DNA from: Balanoglossus misakiensis
Taxonomy: Eukaryota > Animalia > Hemichordata
Direction of reading: 5' to 3'
Length of the DNA stretch: 64,000 nucleotides
Assembly (NCBI GenBank): GCA_040954595.2
Contig: CM082581.2
Span: 1,976,699-2,040,698, forward strand
Position numbers and translations under genes: made by a program. Every line of letters starts with the position of its first letter. Within the stretch, counting starts at the first letter, position 1. Below the pieces are notes generated by a model that worked only from the letters and a program-made list of their open reading frames with translations, ran no database searches and had not been told where the DNA came from. Of this stretch, positions 22,150 through 33,111 are shown piece by piece.

Positions 22150-25100
22150 ATGGCTCAATCCAACATTCAACTGAAACCTCCAGCACATCTAAGCCTAGAT
22201 GGTAACGTTGCGCAAAACTGGAAGGAGTTTCGTCGCAGTTGGGAAACGTTCGCCACGGCAGCAGAACTGGACAAAAAAGAAGAGGCCGTACAAGTCGCCA
22301 CATTTCTACATGTAGCTGGTACCGCTGCGCAGCAAGTCTTCGACACGTTCGAGTTCGCTGATCCCAGAGATGAACACAAAATCGATCCAGTCATCGAAAA
22401 GTTCGCCGGTTATTGTGAGCCAAGAAAAAACATAACCGTAAACCGTTATTTATTCAACTCAAGACAACAGAAAATCAACGAGTCGTTCACGGACTATTTG
22501 ACGTCATTACGCACGTTGCTCAAAGACTGCAGTTTACCCCAAGATTTGGCGGATGAATTTCTTCGTGATCGCATAGTGTGTGGAATCAGAGATGAGAAAG
22601 TCCGAGAAAGACTTCTACGAACTGACGACCTCACACTGCAGAATGCAGTCAACACCTGCAAAGCAGCAGAACTATCCGCAGATCAGATGAGATCACTCTC
22701 TTTCATCGATAACGATAGTCCAGTTGATGTACACGACGTCAAGCGTGCAGGCGGTAAACAGTCACGTGGTAAGTCCCACCAGAAGTTTACGCGTCGACCT
22801 CCCGCGGGGAATAGGCAATCTCCGAACAGGCAGTGTCCGAACTGTCCCTATGAACACGATTCTAGAAAATGCCCAGCATATGGCAAAACATGCCGGAAAT
22901 GCGGAAAACCAAACCACTTTGCAAGTAAGTGTAGAGGTACTGCCCAGCGTACCAACAACCGTTGTGCCAGCCCCACAACACAACATCCTGCCCAGCAGTC
23001 GATGTCACGAGCCAGGTCAAGCCAGCACCCACGTAGCCAGCGTGCAGTGAAAGCAGTTACGCATGCAGATAGCAGTGATGAAGACATCGCACTGTTCACT
23101 ATTGACACTCTAACTGTCAGAACCCTTGAAACTGAAACTGATAGCAGATCAAAAGACTGGTCTCAAAGTTGTCGCATTGGAGACACCAATGTATCCTTCA
23201 AACTAGATAGTGGTTCACAAGTTGATATTATTCCAGTGTCTGTATTGAAATCTTTGGTACCTAAGCACACTCATTTGAAGCGTTCACAAATCACTTTGAA
23301 ATCATACAGCAATCATGTGATTAAGCCCATTGGCCAAGTCCAGCTCAAAGTGAAAGTAAATACACAAGGTGTGAATGGCAAAATCACACAGAGTAAGCCC
23401 ATCCCCATCACATTTCAAGTTGTTACAGGTAATGTTGTACCCATCCTTGGTCGTGAAACATGTGAAAGGTTGAATCTTTTGAAAAGGGTATTTCATGTAC
23501 AAACCTGTGGTCCTGTCCCCAAACAGAATGGCAATATTTCAACTGCTTCAGAAAAATCACACTCAAAGCGTACTAAACAAGCCCAAAGGTTACTTGACAA
23601 AAACAAGGATTTATTCGAAGGCCTTGGTTGTCTGAACAACTGTGAGTATGACATACAAATTGACCCCACTGTACCCCCAGTTCAGTTACCACCAAGACAA
23701 ATCCCTCACAAATTGAGAGACAAAGTCAAAGCAGAATTAGATCATATGGTTTTACTTGATGTAATTGAACCCGTCACCGAGCCAACCGATTGGGTTAGTC
23801 AAATCACCGTGGTCATGAAAAAGAATGGCCAAGTGCGCGTATGCCTAGATCCACAAGAATTAAACAAAGCAATACGTCGTGAGCACTTTCCAAACGCCAC
23901 GTTAGAAGACGTCGTAACGCGAATGCCAGACGCAAATATTTTTTCCAAGTTCGACGCCACGTCAGGTTATTGGCAACTCAAACTTAGCGACGCGAGTTCC
24001 AAGCTAACCACGTTCAACACCCCCTGGGGTAGATATATGTTCAAGAGAATGCCATTTGGTATTAGCTCTGCAAGCGAAATTTGGCAAAGAGCCATGATAG
24101 ATGAATTTGGTGATTTAGAAGGTATTGAAGTCATTGTAGACGATATGCTACTACAAGCTACTTGTGATGACGAGCATGACAAAAACCTCTGTCAATTCCT
24201 AGACAAAGTTCGCGAGTCCGGATTGAAACTCAATGGCAGCAAATGTGAAATAGCTGTTGACGAAGTCGAATTCTCAGGTCACTTACTGACAAGTGAAGGA
24301 CTGAAACCAAGTCCAGAAAGAATCCGAGCCCTCACAGAAATGTCCAAGCCGCAAAACAAATCTGAGCTCCAGACATTTCTCGGCATCATGGTGTATCTAG
24401 CAAAGTTCGTGCCAAATTTGTCAGCACTTACAGCCCCATTACGTGAGCTTCTTGCAAAAGGAATAGAATGGAGCTGGGAAGCCAGACATGATGCTGCGTT
24501 TGACAAATTGATTGAAGTCGCTACAAATGCTCCCGTTCTGAAATTCTACGATGCTAAAAAGCCCGTCACAATTTCTACTGATGCTAGTGACAAAGGTTTT
24601 GGCGCTATGATAAGCCAAGATTCACACCCAGTTGCTTACGCCTCGCGCAGACTGAATAATGCAGAAGTAAATTACGCGACAATCGAAAAGGAGATGAGTG
24701 CAATTCTCTTTGCATGTACTCGGTTTCATGATTATATATATGGAGACAAAACAACTGTCGAAACCGATCACAAACCCCTTGTCGGTATATTTCAGAAACC
24801 GCTGCATAAACTGAGTCCACGTTTACAACGCATGCGCATGAATCTTCTGAGATATGATCTACACATTGTGTATAAACCCGGTAAAGAAATGCTCATACCC
24901 GATGCGCTGAGTCGAGCCCCGATCGATGCTCCACAACAGTCAGATGCAGAACGCGAAGTTCTCAGTATCATCAATCAAATGCCCATATCAGATCAGAAGT
25001 TAGAGAAATTACGTGAAGAAACCGCGTGTGACCCAACGCTGTTGAAGGTCATTGACCTAGCCACCTCAAAATGGCCCGACAATAAAATGTATGTTTCTGA

Positions 25101-26352
25101 TGAAGTCAAACCATATCATGCATATCGACATGAAATAACATATGCCCATGGAATATTGTTCCGCAACAACCAAGTCATTATTCCAGCAAGTATGCGTCCA
25201 GAAATCATGCAAAAACTACACGCCAGCCATCAAGGAATTGTAAAAACAAAACAAAGAGCCCGCTCAATACTATTTTGGCCATGTATCAACAACGAGATTG
25301 AAGACATGATATCTAAATGCTCAGTCTGTATGGAATTTCGTCCCAAGCGTTCTCGAGAACCGATGATCCCCCACGAGATACCAACTACCCCATGGTCCAA
25401 AGTTGGTACTGATTTGTTCGAATTAGGATCAGATGATTATTTGGTCATTATTGATTATCACTCAAAGTTCCCAGAAGTAATAAAGCTCCCAAACAAAACA
25501 GCGAATGCAGTTATATCCGCAACAAAATCTGTATTTGCTCGTGAAGGAATCCCTGATACTGTCATTAGTGATAACGGTCCATGTTATGACAATCGTGAAT
25601 ACCGTAAATTTGCTCATGATTGGGAATTTAACCACATCAAGATCAGCCCAGGTTATTCACAATCCAATGGCCAAGTTGAAAATGCTGTAAAATCAGTCAA
25701 ACGTCTGATGAAAAAGGCATATAAAAGTGGTCAAGACCCCTATGTTTCATTGCTAGAGTTTCGCAATACTCCCCTAGATGGAACAAATGGTTTATCACCC
25801 AGTCAATTGCTTAAGAGCAGAATCTTGAAGTCCAAACTTCCCACAGCGGAAAACTTGACAAAACCTCATATAGTCCCTCCCATGACAAATCACTTGAAAG
25901 CTAGACAGCTCAAGCAGAAATACTATTATGACAGAACAGCACGTCATAATATTGCACAGCCTGTCCCAGGTCAGCCAGTCAGATTTCGTAACCCACATGC
26001 TAAATGGGAATATGGTGTTGTAAAGGAATCACTTCCACAGCCCAGATCTGTGTTAGTTGAAAGTCAGTCTGGAAAGGTGTACAAAAGAAATCGCAGACAT
26101 ATGTACCCAACATCTGAAAACCCACCACCACCAGATTTACCTGATATTGATGAATATCTACAGGAATCTTGTTCCAAACCTGTACCAGTTTCCAACCGTC
26201 TTTCTGAATCCACATTTTCAGACACACCACATACCACCCCACCCAACACTACTGCCCACACAAAGCTCAAACATGATCAAGTGAAAATCCGACCGGATGT
26301 CACTACTCGTTATGGCCGAGTATCAAAAGGAAAAGTTCAATTAGATTTGTAG
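22150..26352 (+). CDS. Gag-Pol polyprotein (Gag, zinc knuckle, protease, RT, RNase H, integrase), 1400 aa
   Basis: LRDRIVCG; CRKCGKPNHFASKC; FKLDSGSQV; RMPFG..IVDDMLL; TDASDKGFGA..ETDHKPL; HQG..CSVC, DLF..SDNG..NGQVE. Single open frame. Confidence 0.97.
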   Translation: MAQSNIQLKPPAHLSLDGNVAQNWKEFRRSWETFATAAELDKKEEAVQVATFLHVAGTAAQQVFDTFEFADPRDEHKIDPVIEKFAGYCEPRKNITVNRYLFNSRQQKINESFTDYLTSLRTLLKDCSLPQDLADEFLRDRIVCGIRDEKVRERLLRTDDLTLQNAVNTCKAAELSADQMRSLSFIDNDSPVDVHDVKRAGGKQSRGKSHQKFTRRPPAGNRQSPNRQCPNCPYEHDSRKCPAYGKTCRKCGKPNHFASKCRGTAQRTNNRCASPTTQHPAQQSMSRARSSQHPRSQRAVKAVTHADSSDEDIALFTIDTLTVRTLETETDSRSKDWSQSCRIGDTNVSFKLDSGSQVDIIPVSVLKSLVPKHTHLKRSQITLKSYSNHVIKPIGQVQLKVKVNTQGVNGKITQSKPIPITFQVVTGNVVPILGRETCERLNLLKRVFHVQTCGPVPKQNGNISTASEKSHSKRTKQAQRLLDKNKDLFEGLGCLNNCEYDIQIDPTVPPVQLPPRQIPHKLRDKVKAELDHMVLLDVIEPVTEPTDWVSQITVVMKKNGQVRVCLDPQELNKAIRREHFPNATLEDVVTRMPDANIFSKFDATSGYWQLKLSDASSKLTTFNTPWGRYMFKRMPFGISSASEIWQRAMIDEFGDLEGIEVIVDDMLLQATCDDEHDKNLCQFLDKVRESGLKLNGSKCEIAVDEVEFSGHLLTSEGLKPSPERIRALTEMSKPQNKSELQTFLGIMVYLAKFVPNLSALTAPLRELLAKGIEWSWEARHDAAFDKLIEVATNAPVLKFYDAKKPVTISTDASDKGFGAMISQDSHPVAYASRRLNNAEVNYATIEKEMSAILFACTRFHDYIYGDKTTVETDHKPLVGIFQKPLHKLSPRLQRMRMNLLRYDLHIVYKPGKEMLIPDALSRAPIDAPQQSDAEREVLSIINQMPISDQKLEKLREETACDPTLLKVIDLATSKWPDNKMYVSDEVKPYHAYRHEITYAHGILFRNNQVIIPASMRPEIMQKLHASHQGIVKTKQRARSILFWPCINNEIEDMISKCSVCMEFRPKRSREPMIPHEIPTTPWSKVGTDLFELGSDDYLVIIDYHSKFPEVIKLPNKTANAVISATKSVFAREGIPDTVISDNGPCYDNREYRKFAHDWEFNHIKISPGYSQSNGQVENAVKSVKRLMKKAYKSGQDPYVSLLEFRNTPLDGTNGLSPSQLLKSRILKSKLPTAENLTKPHIVPPMTNHLKARQLKQKYYYDRTARHNIAQPVPGQPVRFRNPHAKWEYGVVKESLPQPRSVLVESQSGKVYKRNRRHMYPTSENPPPPDLPDIDEYLQESCSKPVPVSNRLSESTFSDTPHTTPPNTTAHTKLKHDQVKIRPDVTTRYGRVSKGKVQLDL

Positions 26353-26527
26353 TTTTCTGTGTTATAAAGAATTGACTTGCATTGTATTTGAGATACCACT
26401 TCTTTGTATTATTGTTCTGAACTTTTTTGGTGCTTTCCCGAGTTATAAGAAAAATGTCTTCACATTGTCAAACATCCTGAATTGTTCACACTTGTATTAC
26501 CGGTCACCCATTTGTAAAAAAGGGGCG

Positions 26528-26671
26528 TGTAATGTATGTTACTTTGAATGCCTTGTACATTACTATCTGTAATACTGCCCTCTATGTTGACTTATGGTAA
26601 TAAAGTGAGTTGCCTCGTTTTGGCACTCTGTTGACTAGACTTCATGGCGTACGGAGTCCCAATACAACACA
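26528..26671 (+). repeat. 3' LTR preceded by polypurine tract AAAAAAGGGGCG
   Basis: 143/144 identical to the 5' LTR. Confidence 0.97.
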
Positions 26672-27819
26672 ATAATCTCTGCAAAAGGTACAATGTGATA
26701 TCAACAGGTGTTGGTAAGATTGTGTGGACAGAGTAAGAAGTGAAGCAATTGCTTTACCAATCCACAAGATAAAGCTCTATGACAGCAATGGTGAAAGAAG
26801 TGGTAGCCTCACTGTCACAGGCTTTCAAGATGATAGCAGACGTAAGAGCATATTACATCACAGTCAAACCAAATAAGTGACTTCATCTGTATGCATATAA
26901 TTTTGGGGGAAACATTACTTTCAAAAATATGAATTTCTTTCACTTCAGCCTGTCAAAATTAATTGACCTATATATACCCAGCCATGTTCAACTTTCAATA
27001 CCACATGAATTCAATGAAAGTATATCTAATGGGCGAAATGTGTTGCTTCTCGCCTGATTTAGCAAAATTGAGTGACATAAATACTGGCTGGAACGGCTTA
27101 GTTAAATGAACGTTTGAAATTATTTTTGAATTATGATTAGTCTATAACAGTAATAAATTTTGAAATAACACTATATAATACAAGCACTACAAAAAATGTC
27201 AATATTTTATACTACCTTATAGAATCCGAGGAAATTCCAGAGCATCCAATTGGTGTAGATGATGATGACCATGACTTGTTGATTGATCCTGGTTCCCATG
27301 AACACATCCTCTCAGTAGAAGATGATAAACTTGCCCCTGATATCACCATGGACATGAATGACATCGAGCCGACAAGTGTACCTGAAAGGAACATAACATT
27401 ACATGGTAGCAATGCTGAGGAGACCCGTTGCAGTATACCAATAGAAGATACAAGACAGACACAGCATAGTACAGGGGAAGACATCAACATGACAGACTGT
27501 GATTTGGAAACAGAGCACACTGAGGAGACAGTTGAAGCAGAAAGGATGGAAGTCAATGGTATGGAAAATTGCTGCACTCAAGAACGTAACTATTACTATA
27601 GTGAAGTTACCATGTATGGGATTGTTCATTTCAAGGTTCCACTCATTCTTATTTCCTCCCCCCCCCCACCATCCCCAAATAAATCTGCAAGCCCACATTC
27701 CAAGCACATAGTTATGTCACAGTGCAGGAGATAGTCATTTCAATTTTATTTTAGAAAGGAAAGATAAATGTGTGTGAGCGGGAAAAGATATGAAACATGA
27801 CACACCCACATATATGTAC

Positions 27820-28262
27820 ATTTATAATATACCTCATGCTAATACTGTGCCGTGATTCGCCAGAATCCGTCACGTGATAGGAAAATAGAATCGACTATGA
27901 ACCGCTAGGGAAATAGCAGAAAAAATATAAACCGGTCACGTGACCCGCGTGAGTGCGCAGACTCGGTCACGTCAATCAGCGTCGCGTCGTCTGACACAAT
28001 GGCCACCACTGAAGATGTCGTCTGCCAGCCTCAAGAAAAAATTGCAAGATTTTCCCAGCTGTTAGCATGAGGTTTATTATAAAACACCTATAGCCTGGCC
28101 TATATTCGGGCCATAGCAGCCGTTTTTACCCCCTCGTGACTGTGAGTTACCAGAATCATATGCTATTTCCCTCGGCCGCATATGATTCTGGTAACTCACA
28201 GCCCCTCGGGTGTAATAAACGGCCGCTATGGCCCTCATGGCCAGGCAATAGGTGTTCAATAT
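27820..28262 (-). mobile_element. Second copy (inverted) of the 3407-3864 hairpin-capped element, with a small deletion at the palindrome axis
   Basis: Reverse-complement match along its length; lies in an intron of the RAG1-like pseudogene. Confidence 0.85.
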
Positions 28263-30010
28263 TTCATGTTGACCTTGTGGAACCCCAGGTCAGTTTAAGT
28301 GGCCCAAAAGGAAATCACTTTAAGAAAAACTCATTATTATTGCTGTTAAACCTTAATGTTGTTTTCTTGTTTGCATTCAGGCAAGTCAAGTATCAAAGAA
28401 GTTGCCAAATCAACAGCAAAGATAACAGCCACACATGAAGAGTCATCAATCTCAGAGTAAAGTTAGTGATACTTCTTCAACCACGATGGACAGTCTGATA
28501 TTTGTCCTTGGAGAGACAAAAGAAGTCGAATAATTTGATAAATCACGAAATTCTTTGAAGGCCCTTCCCAATGATAAGAAGTTAATAAATGAATATATAG
28601 AAGCTAAGGTGAAAGTAGGAACAAAGCTGATGAAATCATACAGCATAGCCAAGCTGTCAATCAAAGAGTGGGAACAAGAATATTGCATAAATCATTGGGG
28701 TTGTGCACCAAATTTGGAAGATTACAAGAGAAATAAACGTATATTGAAATTGTACAAACAAACAAAAATGGCAACACATTTTTTGAAACGCTGGAATATT
28801 GATTATAACTGAGAGGTGAAGTATTTCCAGCTGTATGTGCATGCAATTTGATTACTCAGTGTGGACATATTTTGTACACTACACGTACATTCAGAAATAT
28901 GGCATATTTTTCTAATGACATGGAGATTTTTGTGACTTCTGATGCAGAGTAAATATATTGTATAATTTACTTCCAAATCAGATGTTCTTTCCTTGTCATT
29001 TGCTACCAAAATTTAGTACCAAATGCATGGCATTTGTATGTCTGTGTTCAGGCTGTGGCCACAACCAATCTTGTAGCTGTGGCTGAGACTTTCAATTTTC
29101 TGCTTGATGTTAATAAACAATAACTTTGTAGTTTTGAATTTTGATGGAAAGGCAATCATCTATATTTGTCACTCATAAAAATGCACATTTCTTGACAATG
29201 TTGTTGAACCACTTCTCCCAAAATAATGGGACCCTTTGGTTTCAACCCCCAACCTGGCAGTGTTCAAATCTCACATTGTAAACACCACCTGCACCTGCAC
29301 TTTGTTAATACAAGGAGACTGGAAACAGTGTGCTACACAATAAATTGAGACAAAGGAGTGTTACAAGACTTAACAAACAAGTAATTAACATATGGCCTAG
29401 TTGCACAGGAAAATGCTACAAACAAGTTTTTCCCGCCCAAGTCAGACTGTGCGTGGCGTGGGTCCATAGCTGCAGCTGTGGTGTTTTCTGGCTAATTGTA
29501 CTTTTCCTTTTTACGGGCTCTTTTTCCGTGTCGATCAGAAAATTGCCCGCAAAATGTCAGACAAAAATTGCCAGAAAACACCACTGCTATGACCCAGAAT
29601 GAGATTATACTTAGGCCGTCCTCTGCATGCCATACTATCGATCGCACGTACCGAACGAAACTCGCATCACATGCAATCCGAAAATAGCTGATAAGAACTT
29701 ACCTTCATTGTACAGTTTACCGTAAAAAGCAGTCTTACACCGACGATTACGTTGGCAGGAAATGAAGGCATCGACTAAAACAACATGAATCGGATGTACC
29801 GCGTACCGCCCACACGATGCACATGTCTGTCGCGATACAATACCATAGACTATTTTACTTCTGTCCATTCGCTCGCAAACGTCGTTTTCTGAATGTGTTA
29901 TGAGCTTTGGGCACATTTAAGGACCGAAACGGGGAGATTTTTGACATTTTTTTGCCGAATTTTCGTCAAAACCTCGCCGTTTCGGTCCACGCCCGCCCAC
30001 ACATCATATA

Positions 30011-30706
30011 GGGCGTTCTCACTGGCACGTTTACACCGGTGCTACAGCGGTGTAGATTTGACACCGACGGAAAAAAACAAGTGAGAACGCTTTACACCGG
30101 TGTTGGGCCGGTGTTGATTTGCGACGGCGATGGGTGGCGGGTCAGGGCCAGTGCTGGGCCAGCGCTCCGACGCAAATAGTCAGTGAGAACGCAAAGATAA
30201 ACAAACACCGTTCAAAAGCGCCCCCCTGCAGTGACTTTTGGGTATGTTTATTAGGTATAGCCCATTGTCTTTGGTCAGTTTCCATTGTTAAGTCAATCAC
30301 ACTGGACGTGAGTGGTTTTCAAACCATTCGCAGTTTGCATGGTCTGCAACACTTCTGTCTGCTACCAACTTTCGGAAGGTTCTCTCGATCACCGAAAAGC
30401 TGAGGCATTTTCCATTTATGGATTAACATTCATTTACTTCTAAACATTATCAAAACTGTCACAAAGTCGTCTAGAACGTATATGCAGGTATATAAACTGC
30501 AACATGTTGCTGTAATGTCCTCGACGTCCTCAATTTTGTTAGTTGCCGTGTTGCTAAACATGGCCATTTAGACGATGTTTATTTCAAAACAGTGGCCAAA
30601 AGTTTAGTGTGTGGACGCACGGAGATTCTGTGGACTAATCCCCTGTGTTTGCAGAGAGTAAACACTGGCATTACACCGGTGTCAAAACTTTTAGTGAGAA
30701 CAAGAC
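30011..30706 (+). mobile_element. Non-autonomous DNA element (PIF/Harbinger-like MITE); inverted copy at 63514-64000
   Basis: Ends GGGCGTTCTCACT..AGTGAGAACAAGAC, subterminal TACACCGGTG motifs, and ~480 bp shared with the window end. Confidence 0.65.
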
Positions 30707-30707
30707 T

Positions 30708-31440
30708 ATGGAGGTACTAGATAGAAGGAGCGAGGACGCTATTGTTTCCTATAAACCCCATGTGCGTCTTAATCTGTTTGCAGATATCATTAGGATCTCA
30801 TCCTTTTATCACCTGATAGGCGTTCATAAAGGCTGTGCGCTTGCGTAGATAAACAAATTATAGCTGGCGGCGTGTCTCCATGATTTACATTTAGCATATT
30901 CAACCAGACCAAACTGCTGTGCCGAAAGTCTCTGCACTAGCAATTACAATGGTGACTATCGGGCATCCCACACCATCCCACGCGAACAAAAATACTTGCA
31001 TCGGGAAGATTGGTTTTCAAAGAAAACCTAAGAACTTATTGTTTTTTGCGGAAGTTTGCGAAAAACTCAAAATATACATTTCAAAATCATGCTTTTTGGT
31101 TGTACAAAGAAGAAAAATAACGCCACAAGTCTTCCAAGACGTCCGCCTGACACGTTTCCGGTAGTGGTGATGCGTAAACTTCACCCCTAGATGTAAATAA
31201 AAGTCACCACGCATATGTAGTACGCTCGTCCGCGATGTGCGCATTGTGTTTTTAATATCATAGAAATATTACCCCGTAGATCTTGCAAACCTAACTGTAA
31301 AATCGGCGGTAACGCACAGTGGGTTCAAAGGACGCTTTCAACACAGAAACACAAAGACTTAAGAAGCTTATCACACTTCAGAAGAAAGGGAGTTAATCCG
31401 CTTAAAATCCGTCCTCGCTCCTTCTCTCTAGTACCTCCAT
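30708..31440. mobile_element. MITE with ~31-bp TIR (superfamily uncertain)
   Basis: ATGGAGGTACTAGATAGAAGGAGCGAGGACG ... CGTCCTCGCTCCTTCTCTCTAGTACCTCCAT (1 mismatch). Confidence 0.8.
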
Positions 31441-33111
31441 GCACACATGAAACCACGCAACCACGAGGCTGAAGCCTTGGAAACCACCTAAGCTCGGCAA
31501 TGCGTGTGTGCTCATGAATATGTAATATCTAATTCGCATATTCATGAAAAAGTAACCAAAAAAACAGGAAAACATTTTTAAAATACCAATAAAAAATTAA
31601 AAAAACTAAACATTTGCAGTTTTTCTTTATTTACAATTTGATATATTTTTAGATTTTCAGTCAAGATTTTTTTTAATTTTTCGAGTTTTTTTTAAACATG
31701 CCGGGTTCAGAGATTTGTCCTTCCATGACTAGAGAAGCAATCAGGGATCGTCACATACGTCGGGTGCGGGATAACACTGTCCGCGGAAATGTTGATTTTG
31801 TTGCCCCAACTACTGAAGATAAGACAGCAATTCAACGTAAAATTTCAAAGCTTCGAACTCTGATGAAGGAGGGTAGGGCAACAAATTTTGACGTGTTATC
31901 AACGGTACTTGATTTCTTCCTGACGAGTCACGAAACGAACGGCAATGGTGGTATGCGTGACGAACCAGAAGAAGGTGCTTTCCACGAACCAGTGTACCAG
32001 AGGTGTCCAATAGAACGGACCAGATGTATTTGACAACGACCCTCTCTGTCCAGAACCTCGTAAAAACTGTCGAATCACACTCCGGAGCATGTCGAGGAAC
32101 TCTTGCCTCAAAGCGCACGACTATGATGGGCCACGCGGGGAGGGTCAGTTTCAAGTGCGAGGAAGATCACGGATTCAATTGGAATTCTTCGCCGTATTTA
32201 CCGAACGGGAGACTACTCGTCAACTACAGGTAAGTGTAAATACAGTGACATTGTATGATACGGACTTATATTGTTTTGTCATCTTTTATTTACCAAGAAT
32301 ACGTCAATGTATTATGCTCTCGCGTCGTAACTTTGAAATGCTATGAACATTATCCAACAGATTGTTACACGGGTTGTTGTCAGCTGGCGTACGGACGCGG
32401 ACTTATGACACTGTAACCAGCAGTGCAAATATGGGGTCGTTGAAGGACAAGTATAGAACGAAATGTAAGCTTACACTTTCTTATAGCTGAAACTATCTAG
32501 TTTTATATTTATTTGTGATCAGTCCTACTTTTAGTGTGGTCAACTTACATTGATTCTCAGACTGTTTCAATATAGTGTATGACCATGGAGTTACAGACAT
32601 GACTGCAGCATATAAAGACATGTCAAGACAATTTTTTTTCCAAATGTATTAACTGTCGACCATCATCACAGTCACCCCATGACTGTGCTGGCATATAAAG
32701 TAGGCAAATCATCACTAATATTTGGGTCGCCGCAAGGGAAAAGGGCCCTTATGCAAGTGTACGTCATTTTTAGTAATTTGCATTTGAATAGGTGACGTTC
32801 TATGTGTGCTTTTCATATGCAAATATTCGCCTGCACGCTGGAGGAAAATGGATTTGTTCAGTATATTGCCCAACTTTTTCGAGAAAATGACAAAAGATAT
32901 TCAAAGTATATCACGAAACACAGAACATTTATGTCATTTCTTCACTGAATTCGATTTCTATAGCTCAAAAAACACTTCTCACGTAGAGCGTTTACATTGT
33001 ATCTAATTTTATTCCCGCCATTTTGCTCAGTTCATATACACGTGACCTCAGCGCTAAGGAGGTCAGAGTCAGAAATCGCTGTGCTACTGATGTTTCCCGT
33101 TGCGTAAAATC

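Larger units (their letters stand above)
21985..26671 (+). mobile_element. Full-length Ty3/Gypsy LTR retrotransposon (Mag-like)
   Basis: 144-bp LTRs TG..CA with 1 mismatch. 5-bp TSD ATAAT at 21980-21984 and 26672-26676. PBS, PPT and intact gag-pol present. Confidence 0.97.
17950..28812 (+). pseudogene. Decayed RAG1/Transib-like DDE transposase with HTH and SAP domains. Main exon ~18106-21160; later exons ~21948-21984 + 26677-26740, ~27222-27585 and ~28381-28812
   Basis: Collinear motifs WHDHS (D), FHGDGPAQ (D), GGHYQCICG, SAP-like LTVADLRRELDARG..GLKKPDLQSKL, EPLHDLKGH, GRYFHNITVH, NAENQERVFNRIR (E). In-frame stops at 18941, ~19064 and 20019, plus frameshifts. Element termini not located. 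Confidence 0.75.

Noticed and set aside
22049-26284. Alternative-frame and antisense ORFs overlapping gag-pol, the HECT gene and the transposases
   Set aside because: Shadow ORFs of long coding regions with no recognisable motifs.
17310-29255. Short inverted matches (TTGGGGGTCGAA, TCCCATTATT versus 29223-29252) as termini of the RAG1-like element
   Set aside because: Too short, not consistently collinear, and no TSD.
17950-29900. ProtoRAG (RAG1L-RAG2L) transposon
   Set aside because: No convergent kelch/PHD RAG2-like ORF, no RING or nonamer-binding region recognised, and no RSS-like CACAGTG TIR pair found.
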